NCBI GenBank assembly: GCA_029261035.1
Contig: JAJDCD010000008.1
Coordinates: 98,313-162,312 of the forward strand
From: Candidatus Omnitrophota bacterium
GTDB lineage: Bacteria; Omnitrophota; Omnitrophia; Omnitrophales; JACROU01
Length of the DNA stretch: 64,000 bases
Reading direction: 5' to 3'
In this document: piece after piece, positions 41,603 to 52,146 of the stretch
How positions within the stretch are numbered: the stretch's first letter is position 1
How the letters are laid out: every line of letters begins with the position of its first letter
The notes under the pieces: model-generated
The model's database searches: none
Seen by the model: only the letters and a program-made list of their open reading frames with translations
Told to the model about the DNA's origin: nothing
Translations under genes and position numbers: made by a program

Positions 41603-42745
41603 TTAAAAATTATTGGATAAAACTTCACTATCTTTAGGAAGGCGGACTAATTTAGGATCTATTAGCCCCAAAGCGCACTCGGATAAAGTATCGCCATCAT
41701 CAACTTTTAAACTATTTGCAATATTTTTTTTCATTTGCATCAATTGCTGAGGGTCTTGAATGACACTCTTTAATATATCGACCAATTCCTGGATTTTTGT
41801 ATCAGATTCCTCTATACACCATGCCGCTTTTCTTTCTGCTAGGACTATGGCATTTTCCAATTGATGAGCCTTCGCATAAGGATAAGGGATTAAAATACTG
41901 GGTATTTTAAAATGAACTAATTCAAACAAAGTCCCCGCTCCCGCCCTAGAGATAACCATATCCGCTTCTAAATACAATTTACTCATTCCATTAGAATAAG
42001 AAAGTACCTCCGCATTTACTGCCAAATTGCTATATTCCGTTTTAACAGCATCCAAATCAGAGGGCCCAGAAATATGAGTTACATGGATGCTTCGTCGTTC
42101 AATAGAACCTAGCTGAGTCAAAGCTTTTAAAAGCATCCTATTGAGCCCCCTCGCACCTTGAGACCCGCCCATCACAAGTATATTTAATTTTTGATTTCTT
42201 TTACTCGAAGATTTGTTTGGAAAAGCTTGAGAAGAAAAACGAATTAGATTTCCTGTCCAAACGGCTTTAGAAACAGACTTAAAAGAGCTTGTCTGTCGAA
42301 AACTTAAGGCAACGCAGTCAACCCAACCGCTTAACAAACGATTAGCTCTCCCCATGACCATATTTTGTTCATGAATCAATGTGGGTATTTTTTTTAGCCT
42401 AGCAGCCAAAAGCACTGGGAAAGAAAGGTAACTTCCAAAACCAACAACAAGCTTTGGCTTAATTTCATTTATCAATTTTAAAGATAAAAAGAAAGCTCTA
42501 ATTAAAGACGTAGAAAAAACAAAGAAGTGTAGGCTAAACAGACCTTTCCAAGCAAAGTAAGGAAAAACATGACAATTTTTAATATCGTTATCACTCAACT
42601 GATTCTCTAACAATTCCGTTGCTACGCGTTCACTCAATATTTTATGAACAACTAAATCAGAATTCTTTCTCTCCATCACTTCGGAAAATTGAAGAGCCGG
42701 ATAAAAATGCCCTCCAGTACGCCCCGTCACCACAAGGATATTCAA
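41603..42745 (-). CDS. murG: UDP-GlcNAc:undecaprenyl-PP-MurNAc-pentapeptide GlcNAc transferase
   Basis: TGRTGGHFYPAL N-terminus. GT28 fold. Confidence 0.85.
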   Translation of the reverse strand: MNILVVTGRTGGHFYPALQFSEVMERKNSDLVVHKILSERVATELLENQLSDNDIKNCHVFPYFAWKGLFSLHFFVFSTSLIRAFFLSLKLINEIKPKLVVGFGSYLSFPVLLAARLKKIPTLIHEQNMVMGRANRLLSGWVDCVALSFRQTSSFKSVSKAVWTGNLIRFSSQAFPNKSSSKRNQKLNILVMGGSQGARGLNRMLLKALTQLGSIERRSIHVTHISGPSDLDAVKTEYSNLAVNAEVLSYSNGMSKLYLEADMVISRAGAGTLFELVHFKIPSILIPYPYAKAHQLENAIVLAERKAAWCIEESDTKIQELVDILKSVIQDPQQLMQMKKNIANSLKVDDGDTLSECALGLIDPKLVRLPKDSEVLSNNF

Positions 42746-42910
42746 TAACTTTCTCCACTTATTTTTTAACTATTAATCTCTTATTTAAAAACAACATTTA
42801 TTCCCGAAGCATCTTTACTCTAAAAAAAATAATTCAATGCCATTTGTCAAACCAAGTACTCTCAAGTTTACGCGCAAACAATGAGGTGAAATAACTTCGC
42901 AAACAACCTT

Positions 42911-44044
42911 CTATCCAATCCAATCTTCAACAGGCACCACATTCACCTCTTTTTGAGATTGCTTATCAATCGCCAAAAGCAGTCCCATAGCCATCATACT
43001 ACAGATCAGGGAGGAACCACCATAGCTTATAAAAGGTAACGGCAACCCCTTTGTAGGGATCATTCCGATAGACACTAACATATTAATAATAGACTGAAGA
43101 GATACCATAATCACAACTGCCGAAGAAAGCAACTTTCTAAAAGGCTCCTCTTGTCTTAAAACAATTTTACTTCCTTGAATCAAAAGAAAAACAAAGACAG
43201 ACAATACAGACAAAGTACCCAACAGCCCTAGCTCTTCACCAACGATCGAGAAAATGAAATCGGTGTAACTTTGTGGTAAATAAAATAATTTCTGAACACT
43301 TTCCCCCAAACCAACCCCTGTAACTCCTCCTAAACCAAAAGATAAGAAGGATTGAATAATTTGAAAACCAGAACCTTGAGGATCTGCCCAAGGGTTTAAA
43401 AATGACACTACGCGGGCTACTCTATAAGGCGCTTGAATCACAGCAAAAACAAAAGCCGGTATTGCTGCAAGAATAGCAAAAACAACATAACGAATTCGTA
43501 TTCCACTTAAAAAAAATAATATAGAAGAAGTTAAAAACAAAAATACGATAGAACCTAAATCAGGTTGTAGAATTAGAAAAACAAATAGACTTCCCAAAAC
43601 AATCATTGGAGGCACAAACACAGCAAAACTGCCTAATTGAATTAATTTTAGTTTGCGGCTTAAATAATCAGAGAAGTATATCGCAACTGCAATCTTCACA
43701 ATTTCAACTGGTTGAAAGGTAAAACCAAATAACGATACCCAACGTTGAGCACCTCCACTTGATTTTCCTAGAAATGGTAAAAAGACAGTCAGAAGTAATG
43801 CCCCCGAAATTAACAGGATTACTTTAGACCTCTTTTTTATCCAATTAACATCTATCATGGACACAGATATCATAGCAATCAGACCAATAAATAAGTACAG
43901 ACACTGCCTCTTTAAAAAGTAAAAGCTATCGTCATAGTATTTATCTGCATAAACTGCACTAGCGCTATAAATCATTACAGTTCCAATAGCATTTAGAATC
44001 AGAATTGCTATAAAAATACTCTTTCCTTCTTTACTCAAAGACAT
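42911..44044 (-). CDS. ftsW: SEDS-family peptidoglycan glycosyltransferase FtsW
   Basis: 10-TM SEDS protein between murD and murG. PTKGLPLPFISYGGSS motif. Confidence 0.8.
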   Translation of the reverse strand: MSLSKEGKSIFIAILILNAIGTVMIYSASAVYADKYYDDSFYFLKRQCLYLFIGLIAMISVSMIDVNWIKKRSKVILLISGALLLTVFLPFLGKSSGGAQRWVSLFGFTFQPVEIVKIAVAIYFSDYLSRKLKLIQLGSFAVFVPPMIVLGSLFVFLILQPDLGSIVFLFLTSSILFFLSGIRIRYVVFAILAAIPAFVFAVIQAPYRVARVVSFLNPWADPQGSGFQIIQSFLSFGLGGVTGVGLGESVQKLFYLPQSYTDFIFSIVGEELGLLGTLSVLSVFVFLLIQGSKIVLRQEEPFRKLLSSAVVIMVSLQSIINMLVSIGMIPTKGLPLPFISYGGSSLICSMMAMGLLLAIDKQSQKEVNVVPVEDWIG

Positions 44045-44056
44045 CTTCTCATCCTT

Positions 44057-45319
44057 TTAATTTACTACTGCTTTTACTCTGCTTTTTACACAATCTTTAA
44101 AAAAATGGCCTCTATCCTCATAATTTTTAAATTGATCAAAACTAGCGCAACCAGGAGAAAACAACACAACATCCCCTTTTACGACAAGGGCCTCTGCTGA
44201 GTTGACCGCTTCCCTCACATTAGAAACCATAGTTATTCTACAAAGATTATTAAAGGAGGCCTTCAACTCTTCTCTAGATTCTCCGAACAAAATAAGTTCT
44301 TTTACTTTTTTAGATATTATAGGAGCAAGAGAACTGAAATCACTCCCTTTATTTCTTCCGCCAGCTATTAGGATAACTTTTCCACTTTGATTCTCTAACG
44401 CATACTTTAGCGAGGCTGGGTTCGTTGATTTTGAATCATTGATAAAAAGAAAGTCCTCCGCTTCTACAATTTCTAAACGATGTTCAATCGGCTTTGAAGA
44501 TTTTAAAACTTCTTCAGCTTCTTTTAAGTCAAAACCAAATACCTCTCCTAATTTTAGAACAGCGTCTTCATTTAGGTTTAATTTTGTTTCAGCGTTATTA
44601 AAGAATATTTTTTTAGCTAAAACTTTCTCTCCATACTTTTCTGTCACATCATCCCTTTCATTTAAAATCGCAACATCTTGAAGTGTCTGATTTTTAAATA
44701 TTTTCATCTTTGAAGCGCAGTAATTCTCAAAGTTAATGTGCCAATTCAAATGGTCAGGTTCACAGTTTAATAAAAAGGCAACATTAGGATGAAATAAATG
44801 AGTGAACTCTAATTGAAACGAGCTCAATTCAATAACAGCAATACCTTCTGTTCGTCCTTTTCTAATCTCTCCTATAAAAGGGTTCCCAATATTACCTGAA
44901 GAAAAAGCATTAAATTTAAAATGATTTAAAAGCTGAGTCGCTAGAATTGTAGAGGTTGTCTTCCCATTTGTTCCCGTAATTCCCACTATCTTTCCAGAAA
45001 AAAAACGGTAGGCCAACTCAATCTCACTCATCAGAAAACAAGATCGTTGTTTTAATACTTTAACGATATCAGAATGAGGCGGTATTCCAGGAGAAAGAAT
45101 CACATTTTCACAGTTCACCAAACGATCCACATCATGTTTCCCCAAATCAACACAGATACCCGAGTTTTCCAATTGAGTCTTAGCTCTTAACAAGTCTTCA
45201 CTCGTCATACCATCTGTTGCGTAAACCTCAGCTCCCTGCTCTCTCAAAAACAGAGCTGATTCAATCCCACTAATACCTAGCCCTAAAACTCCAAATTTTT
45301 TTCCTTTCAATAATTTCAT
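44057..45319 (-). CDS. murD: UDP-N-acetylmuramoylalanine--D-glutamate ligase
   Basis: GITGTNGKTT P-loop. Mur ligase fold. Confidence 0.85.
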   Translation of the reverse strand: MKLLKGKKFGVLGLGISGIESALFLREQGAEVYATDGMTSEDLLRAKTQLENSGICVDLGKHDVDRLVNCENVILSPGIPPHSDIVKVLKQRSCFLMSEIELAYRFFSGKIVGITGTNGKTTSTILATQLLNHFKFNAFSSGNIGNPFIGEIRKGRTEGIAVIELSSFQLEFTHLFHPNVAFLLNCEPDHLNWHINFENYCASKMKIFKNQTLQDVAILNERDDVTEKYGEKVLAKKIFFNNAETKLNLNEDAVLKLGEVFGFDLKEAEEVLKSSKPIEHRLEIVEAEDFLFINDSKSTNPASLKYALENQSGKVILIAGGRNKGSDFSSLAPIISKKVKELILFGESREELKASFNNLCRITMVSNVREAVNSAEALVVKGDVVLFSPGCASFDQFKNYEDRGHFFKDCVKSRVKAVVN

Positions 45320-45362
45320 ATCAATCCCCGAAATTAAACCCTTCGTTAGAAAGACTTAAACC

Positions 45363-46451
45363 TTATTGAATCTTCAATGTACTTAAACCAATAATGGCAA
45401 GAATAAATGCAATAATCCACAAACGAATTGTCACTTTAGACTCTGACCAACCCTTTAACTGCAAATGATGATGAAATGGAGACATTAAAAAAATACGTTT
45501 TTTAAAAAATTTAAATGAAAAAACTTGAATCATAACCGAGAGCGCTTCCCAAACAAAAATCCCCCCGACAATAACCAACAACAACTCTTTTTTAATAAAT
45601 ATGGCTATAGCCCCTAAAACGCCCCCCAAAGACAAAGAACCTGTGTCGCCCATAAATACAGAGGCTGGGTAACTATTAAACCACAAAAACCCAGCACTTG
45701 CTCCCACAATAGCCGAGCAAAAAACAGCAAGCTCACTACTATAACTTAAATAAGGGATTCCTAAATACTCTGCAATTTCAACATGCCCAGAAATATAACT
45801 CACAATAACAAAAGTTCCTGCAGAAAAAATTAAACACCCTATAGCCAACCCGTCTAATCCATCTGTTAAATTTAGAGCATTCGAAGTTCCTAAAATAACG
45901 CACAAAACAAAAGGAATAAGTAAAACCCCGATAAAAATTGCGTAATTTTTTAAAAATGGGATATATATGTCGTTGCTAAATCCTTGATCCATATATAAGT
46001 ATACCCCCAAAGCAATACTTAAAATAAATTGTCCTAAAAGCTTTGTGTAAAAAGCAAGGCCCTTTGAACTTTGAGAGCGTATTTTTAAAAAATCATCCAA
46101 AAAGCCAACACAACCAAACCACAACAAAACAAGTAAAGAAAAAATAATGTACTTATTAGAAAAGTTCCCCCAAAGAGCTACCGCTACAGTAATGCTTAAT
46201 AAAATAAGCAACCCGCCCATCGTCGGGACATCCCCTTTCCCTTCGTAAAAACCGTGAATCTTTTCCGCGTGCTGCCTCTTGTTGCACGCAACGACATTTA
46301 AATATCGAAGCCACTCTATTATTTTTGGGCCTAGAATCAAGGTAATTAAAAATGCAGTTACTGCAGCTCCTGCTGAACGAAAAGTAATATACTTAAATAG
46401 ATTAAAAACGATCGAATAATCTTTTAATGGGTATAAGAATGCATAAAACAT
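45363..46451 (-). CDS. mraY: Phospho-N-acetylmuramoyl-pentapeptide transferase
   Basis: NLTDGLDGLA and VFMGDTGSL motifs. Confidence 0.95.
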   Translation of the reverse strand: MFYAFLYPLKDYSIVFNLFKYITFRSAGAAVTAFLITLILGPKIIEWLRYLNVVACNKRQHAEKIHGFYEGKGDVPTMGGLLILLSITVAVALWGNFSNKYIIFSLLVLLWFGCVGFLDDFLKIRSQSSKGLAFYTKLLGQFILSIALGVYLYMDQGFSNDIYIPFLKNYAIFIGVLLIPFVLCVILGTSNALNLTDGLDGLAIGCLIFSAGTFVIVSYISGHVEIAEYLGIPYLSYSSELAVFCSAIVGASAGFLWFNSYPASVFMGDTGSLSLGGVLGAIAIFIKKELLLVIVGGIFVWEALSVMIQVFSFKFFKKRIFLMSPFHHHLQLKGWSESKVTIRLWIIAFILAIIGLSTLKIQ

Positions 46452-47851
46452 TGAATCACTTCCTCTAGCTTCATAGACCTAGAACCTTTAAATAAAACCC
46501 AGTCTCCAGTTCTTATAAAAGATTCTAAAAATTGACTTACTTCCTCATTGGTATCAAAACTATAAACAATAGAACGTGCATCAGAATTACTCCGAATCCC
46601 TTTTGCCAATATCTTCATAAGTGGGCCAACAGTAACAAATACATCAATAGGCTTTAAAGCAAACGTTTCCCCTAAAGACTGGTGATATTCCTCTTCTTTT
46701 TCCCCTAGCTCTTTCATATCTCCACAAACAACTATCTTCCTTGCCCCTTGCTCAATACCTTCAAAAGATTCTACAGCTAAACGAAAAGACATAGGATTTG
46801 AATTATAAGCATCGTGAACAAAAGTTATACCCTTAGGTAAATCAATCACCTGGTAACGTTGCTCCGGAAACTCAAAGCTTTTTAACCCATTTTGAATTTT
46901 TGACATTTCCAACCCAAAACTCAAAGCCAATGCTATCGCGGCAACCACATTCATCACATTAAATTGCGCTAACGTCTTTATTTCAAATAAATATTGATCA
47001 TTAACAAGAAATGTTGTTTTTTGCCCCACTGTTCGAACAGAAGAAATTTTAAAATCATTATGCGGCTTAACTCCAAATGTAATCACAGAGCCTTTATGTC
47101 CTTTAACACTATCTAACAAGCGATCATCATCACCGTTAACAACAACTTTCCCTTCATTCTCAAACACTTTTTTTGCCAATTCACTTTTAGTCTGATAGAT
47201 ATTTTCTAAAGTCTCAAAACCTTCCAAATGACATGGGTGTACATTTGTAATAATACCTGCATTGGGTTGCAATATTTCTGAAAGCTCACCAATTTCTCCT
47301 AAATAACTTGCCCCTAGTTCAGCTAAAATAATCTGATGATTTTCTTCTAACTTAGACAGCGTTATTGGCAAACCTAAATAATTGTTTTGATTCCCCTTAC
47401 TTACCAATAGGTTCCATTCTATATTTAACAGATAGGACAACACCTCTTTAGTCGTGGTTTTACCACAACTCCCTGTAATTCCAATACAAATCCCTGAAAA
47501 TTGGGCTCGAAAAAACAATCCTAAACTTTGCAACGCGCTAACAGTGTCTTTAACTACAATAAAAGAAATACCTTCAAGTTCTTTTTTCTCCACTAGGCTC
47601 ATAGAATTAAAATGCTTTTCATCGACAACACATCCAACACACCCCAGCCTTTCCGCCGTTCTAAGAAAATCATGACCATCCGAAGACTGCCCTCGAATTG
47701 CAAAAAAAAGATCTCCTTTCTTCAAGGTTCTAGTATCAATTGAAATACATTTATACGGAACCTCTTTACGCAAAATAGAAGGAAACCACTTGCCTTTTAT
47801 AGCCTTTGACAATACTTCTAATGAATAACTTGTTTTTTGTTCTTCAACCAT
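46424..47851 (-). CDS. murF: UDP-MurNAc-tripeptide--D-alanyl-D-alanine ligase
   Basis: GITGSCGKTTT. Confidence 0.85.
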   Translation of the reverse strand: MVEEQKTSYSLEVLSKAIKGKWFPSILRKEVPYKCISIDTRTLKKGDLFFAIRGQSSDGHDFLRTAERLGCVGCVVDEKHFNSMSLVEKKELEGISFIVVKDTVSALQSLGLFFRAQFSGICIGITGSCGKTTTKEVLSYLLNIEWNLLVSKGNQNNYLGLPITLSKLEENHQIILAELGASYLGEIGELSEILQPNAGIITNVHPCHLEGFETLENIYQTKSELAKKVFENEGKVVVNGDDDRLLDSVKGHKGSVITFGVKPHNDFKISSVRTVGQKTTFLVNDQYLFEIKTLAQFNVMNVVAAIALALSFGLEMSKIQNGLKSFEFPEQRYQVIDLPKGITFVHDAYNSNPMSFRLAVESFEGIEQGARKIVVCGDMKELGEKEEEYHQSLGETFALKPIDVFVTVGPLMKILAKGIRSNSDARSIVYSFDTNEEVSQFLESFIRTGDWVLFKGSRSMKLEEVIQCFMHSYTH

Positions 47852-49284
47852 TGAGAAACAACCTTTTTGTCTGAAAAAGGCAAATATTCTTTGCCAATTA
47901 TTTGATAATCCTCATGCCCTTTGCCAAGAATAAGAACAACATCTCCCTGCTTAGCTTCATTAAGAGCTTTTTCAATAGCCTCTTCTCTATTTTCTATATA
48001 AAAATAACTTTCTCCTTCAATCAACCCACGAATACCTTCATCCACATCACTCATAATTTGATCAGGAGATTCTGTCCTAGGGTTATCTTGTGTTAAAAAC
48101 AATACATCAGAATACTGACTAGCATATTGCCCCATATCTTTTCTTTTAGTTCTATCCCTATCTCCACCACAGCCAAACACCGTAATAATTCTAGACTCCT
48201 TCAAAGGCTCTAAGGATTTAAATACTTGATAAAATGCATCCGGGGTATGAGCATAATCTATAAATACATACAACCCCAGTTCATTTCTTTGGAATTCAAG
48301 TCGCCCTGGGACTAAAGGAAATGTTTTAAGCGCTTTAACACAATCATCTAAAACAACCTCCATCGAAAGACAAGCACTAAAAGCTAACAAAACATTATAT
48401 ATATTATGAAGACAAATCAAAGGACTCTCTACAGTTACTACCTTATTTTTAAAACACAAATCAAACTGACTGTCTTTCAACGAAAGTTTTATATTTTTCG
48501 CATAGACATCAAAAGATGAGTCTAAACCAATTTTTATAGAATCTGGGTAATTCTTTATTAGCTTTTGACCATATTCATCATCTCCATTGATACACCTCTG
48601 TTTAACAGAAGGAAATAGATCAAACAACTTTTTTTTCGCTTTAAAATAAGAATCCATAGTTCCGTGATAATCAAGATGATCTTGACTTAAATTCGTAAAA
48701 AGAGCTGCATCGAACTCTATATCAGAAACCCTGCCCTGACTCAAAGCATGACTTGAAACTTCCATAACACAATAAGGAACGTTGTCATGAACCATTTCAC
48801 TCAGCAATTGATTTAAAAGCAATACCCCTGGAGTTGTGTTATTTACTTTCCTTACATTCTTTCCCCAAGAAGCTTCTAATGTCCCTATAACACCACAATC
48901 AGATACTGAATTTAAAATATGTTGAATTAAAGCTGCTGTCGTTGTCTTTCCGTTTGTTCCGGTAACACCCATAATTTTAATCTTTGAAGATGGTCTATCA
49001 AAAAAAAGAGAACTCCATAAAGTGAGAATTTCTTTTGTGTCAGAAACCAATATTTGGGGTATTTTTATATCTAACAATTTCTCAACAACAAGAAACGATG
49101 CCCCTAAACTTATTGCTTCTTTAGAATAATCATGGCCATCTACGCAGCTCCCAGAAACAGCAATAAAACAGGAGCCTTTTTTAACTACTGAAGAAGAATC
49201 TGTAAAATGAACCACAGACTGATCTAAATCCAGATGTCCGTGAATGGAATATTTTTGTTTATTTAATAACTCTTTTAATTTCAT
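47818..49284 (-). CDS. murE: UDP-MurNAc-L-Ala-D-Glu--2,6-diaminopimelate (or lysine) ligase
   Basis: GVTGTNGKTTT, and the C-terminal DNPR motif (QDNPRTE) characteristic of the DAP-adding enzyme. Confidence 0.9.
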   Translation of the reverse strand: MKLKELLNKQKYSIHGHLDLDQSVVHFTDSSSVVKKGSCFIAVSGSCVDGHDYSKEAISLGASFLVVEKLLDIKIPQILVSDTKEILTLWSSLFFDRPSSKIKIMGVTGTNGKTTTAALIQHILNSVSDCGVIGTLEASWGKNVRKVNNTTPGVLLLNQLLSEMVHDNVPYCVMEVSSHALSQGRVSDIEFDAALFTNLSQDHLDYHGTMDSYFKAKKKLFDLFPSVKQRCINGDDEYGQKLIKNYPDSIKIGLDSSFDVYAKNIKLSLKDSQFDLCFKNKVVTVESPLICLHNIYNVLLAFSACLSMEVVLDDCVKALKTFPLVPGRLEFQRNELGLYVFIDYAHTPDAFYQVFKSLEPLKESRIITVFGCGGDRDRTKRKDMGQYASQYSDVLFLTQDNPRTESPDQIMSDVDEGIRGLIEGESYFYIENREEAIEKALNEAKQGDVVLILGKGHEDYQIIGKEYLPFSDKKVVSQWLKNKKQVIH

Positions 49285-49287
49285 TTT

Positions 49288-50106
49288 CTACCACTCAAAA
49301 TGCCTTAAATCCATTTCAGGCTTTAAAGCTTGTATTTTTATTAATGTTTCAATCCCTATATCCAAATGTTTCTGTGCATATGTAGAAAAAACCTCTTTCG
49401 AACTCTGCAATGTTTTTATTCCCTTTTTCTTTAGTGGTAGATCAGAAACCAAAAGCAAAGCACCTATGGGAATCTTCTTTTTAAAACCCGCAATAAATAA
49501 AGTAGAACATTCCATCTCAATACCCATTGCTTTCTCATCTTTCAAGGATATTTTGAATTTTTGATCAAATTCCCAAAAACGATAATCTGTACTATGAATC
49601 ACACCCGTTTTAAACTTAACATTCCACTTCGATAAAACTTCAGATAAAATCATCTGGATTTTAAATGTTGGAAGTGCTGGAACACGTTTTGGCATATAAA
49701 ATTCACTTGTTCCTTCATTTCGAATCGCGGCCATTGGCAAAATAAACTCGCCCTTCTTCACCTGAGGATGAAGCCCTCCACACATCCCCAACATCAATAC
49801 TGTTTTAGGTTGTACGTACGAAAGAATATCAATCACAAGTGCTGCAGTTGGAGCTCCCATTCTAAAATTGACCATACTTATCTTACGGTCAGGATCGTGA
49901 GCAACATCCATAATGCTTCCATGGGTGACTGACACATTCTTTTGCTTAACAAATAAATCAAAATAGTAATTAAAATTGGTAAGCAAAACAAAAGAGTGAA
50001 ATTCTTTAGACGAAGACCCTGTATATCTTTTCAGCATTTGCAATGCGATATCACGGCGATTTTCACTTGGAGGAGTTTTTACGTTCATTAAGCACCTTGA
50101 GATCAA
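49288..50106 (-). CDS. PNP_UDP_1 family nucleosidase (AMP nucleosidase catalytic-domain-like / MTA nucleosidase-like)
   Basis: TVLMLGMCGGL...GIEMECSTLFIAG pattern of the purine nucleoside phosphorylase/nucleosidase fold. 272 aa, so it lacks the Amn N-terminal regulatory domain. Confidence 0.5.
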   Translation of the reverse strand: MISRCLMNVKTPPSENRRDIALQMLKRYTGSSSKEFHSFVLLTNFNYYFDLFVKQKNVSVTHGSIMDVAHDPDRKISMVNFRMGAPTAALVIDILSYVQPKTVLMLGMCGGLHPQVKKGEFILPMAAIRNEGTSEFYMPKRVPALPTFKIQMILSEVLSKWNVKFKTGVIHSTDYRFWEFDQKFKISLKDEKAMGIEMECSTLFIAGFKKKIPIGALLLVSDLPLKKKGIKTLQSSKEVFSTYAQKHLDIGIETLIKIQALKPEMDLRHFEW

Positions 50107-50146
50107 AAACGTATTAGAATAAAATAATTAATCTATTTAAAAAATT

Positions 50147-50560
50147 TTACTGAATTACATCTGTTAAGGCAACAACTCGACGAACTTTGCTTTCACGGAT
50201 TACATCCATTATTTCAATAATTTTTCCATAAGAAACATCTTGATCCGCTTTCAAAACCACTGAGGCTTCAGTATTATTTTGAGCAATTTTTTTAAGCTCT
50301 ACTAATAAACCCTGACTTAATAACTGGCGATCATTAAGAAAGATAACCCCTTCTTTGTTAAGGGTTACAACGAACTCTTCAACCTGTCCAGAAGTAGCAG
50401 TTTTCGACTCAGGTAAATCCACCTGCAATGCTGGCTGTTCAACAAATGTCGTTGTAACAACAAAAAACAACAAAAGCATAAACATAACATCAATCAAAGA
50501 AGTAATATTTACCTGAGCTTTCCTTCGATTTCTTTTATAAGTATTAACTTCACTTAACAT
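50147..50560 (-). CDS. Biopolymer transport protein ExbD/TolR
   Basis: 137 aa. INITSLIDVMFMLLLFFVV is the ExbD/TolR N-terminal TM signature. Confidence 0.8.
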   Translation of the reverse strand: MLSEVNTYKRNRRKAQVNITSLIDVMFMLLLFFVVTTTFVEQPALQVDLPESKTATSGQVEEFVVTLNKEGVIFLNDRQLLSQGLLVELKKIAQNNTEASVVLKADQDVSYGKIIEIMDVIRESKVRRVVALTDVIQ

Positions 50561-51194
50561 AGAGAGGCTTTAATTTTAAGATATAACGCTGACAATTTGT
50601 GTCTAATAAATGAATTAAAGAATCAACTTTTCTAGAAAAAATACCATAAGCTACTAAAGCGGGTACAGCAACCATCAAACCTCCAATAGTTGTCAGCAAG
50701 GCTTTTGAAATCCCAGAAGAAAAAACACTCGCCTGTCCGACACCTTGATTAACTATCGTATTAAATACATCAACCATACCTAAAACAGTTCCCAGAAGAC
50801 CCAATAAGGGCGCCACAGCAGCTATAATAGATAGACCTTCCAGACCCTTTTCTAGAAGATAAACCTCTTTATTTAAAAAAGTAGCTAAAAGTCTATTTTG
50901 AACGGATGATTCCTCACCTCTATTCTTGTGCAAAGAAGTAAGAATCGTCGCTAAAGCACTGGGGTAAAGCCTTATTTGCTCCGAGATATCTTCAGTGTTC
51001 TCTTGGTGGTATAAAAGTTGACAAAGAGCTGAGGGAGCAATTTTTTCTTCCTGCAATTGAATCAGCCGATCAATAATAATCGTCACTAAAAAAACAGAAC
51101 AAACAAACAGTGGAAACATCATAAAACCACCCTGACTTACATACCTTATAACATCCATAAAAAATCTCCTAATTGTAAAGAAATGTAAAAACAA
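50550..51194 (-). CDS. MotA/TolQ/ExbB proton-channel protein
   Basis: 3 TM segments. LGLLGTVLGMV signature. Confidence 0.8.
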   Translation of the reverse strand: MFLHFFTIRRFFMDVIRYVSQGGFMMFPLFVCSVFLVTIIIDRLIQLQEEKIAPSALCQLLYHQENTEDISEQIRLYPSALATILTSLHKNRGEESSVQNRLLATFLNKEVYLLEKGLEGLSIIAAVAPLLGLLGTVLGMVDVFNTIVNQGVGQASVFSSGISKALLTTIGGLMVAVPALVAYGIFSRKVDSLIHLLDTNCQRYILKLKPLYVK

Positions 51195-52146
51195 CTGCTA
51201 AATAATTCTCATCTAACTCTTCTAATATTTCATTGGGCAATCTCGGAAATGGAGAAGCTTTCTTAATTGAGGCCCTAGAAAAATCTTTAACAAACTCTTC
51301 CCCATCAGAGTAAAGAACATAAACTCCAGGAACAGATCCATCTTGATAAACTCGATATTGTACAACGACTTTGCTAGGCTTAAAACTATTGAATTTTAAA
51401 CTCACAAATGGAAACCAAGCCTCAAAAATCTGCCCTCTCATTAAGGCTAAATATGGTGCTAATATATTTTCCTTAGTCTCCAAAGAAAGTTTGCCCACTT
51501 GCTCTACCTCAGCCCCTAAATTCTTAAGCATTTTATTCATGCGAGCCTGACTTTCAGGGGACGCAACCTTTTTCTCTATAGGAGGAGCCTTCTTCCGTTC
51601 TTCTTTAGGCACTTCAAGTTTTCTTATCCCTAACAAATCTTCTTCTTTCTCTTTCTTCAGAAGTTCTTTTTCAAATTCCTTTAATCGATCGTATTCTTTT
51701 TGTAAATCCTCTAATTCTTCCTCAAGCTCTTTTTCTTTCTCATTAAGCTCTTCTGCTTTCTGAGGGATTTGCTCCGGGCTTTCAAGCAAAGAAACCAAAG
51801 AACCATCAAGAGTTCTCCCATTGCTATTTTCCAACGACGGAGTTATTCCATCGCCCTCAAGCTCAGGGGTAAATGAATCTCCCAATTGTTCCTTTTCAGA
51901 ACTTGCTTTTGAATTTTGCTGACTAATATATTTTTCTCTATCATTATCTAGCATTGTCTCATCCTTCTCTTTCTTAGAGTCTACAAACTCTAAAACAACA
52001 GACTTTTCTTGAGGAGGATTCAACCATTTAAAAGACAATGAATTCAAATAAGAAAGAGTAATATCACTTGCGAAAATAGCCCCTATGTGTAAAAACAAAG
52101 AAATAAATAACGCTATAAGAAAAAATCGGTTTTCTTTATGCAGCAT
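51169..52146 (-). CDS. TonB/TolA-like energy transducer
   Basis: N-terminal TM anchor. Glu/Lys-rich central spacer. C-terminal ~90 aa with a TonB-C-like pattern (VVVQYRVYQDGSV...ASIKKASPFPRLP). Confidence 0.5.
   Translation of the reverse strand: MLHKENRFFLIALFISLFLHIGAIFASDITLSYLNSLSFKWLNPPQEKSVVLEFVDSKKEKDETMLDNDREKYISQQNSKASSEKEQLGDSFTPELEGDGITPSLENSNGRTLDGSLVSLLESPEQIPQKAEELNEKEKELEEELEDLQKEYDRLKEFEKELLKKEKEEDLLGIRKLEVPKEERKKAPPIEKKVASPESQARMNKMLKNLGAEVEQVGKLSLETKENILAPYLALMRGQIFEAWFPFVSLKFNSFKPSKVVVQYRVYQDGSVPGVYVLYSDGEEFVKDFSRASIKKASPFPRLPNEILEELDENYLAVVFTFLYN

Noticed and set aside
42746-42910. 165-nt ftsW-murG intergenic region with a GCAAAC direct repeat
   Set aside because: Only a 6-nt direct repeat, with no hairpin or conserved motif. 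Most likely an internal promoter/spacer.
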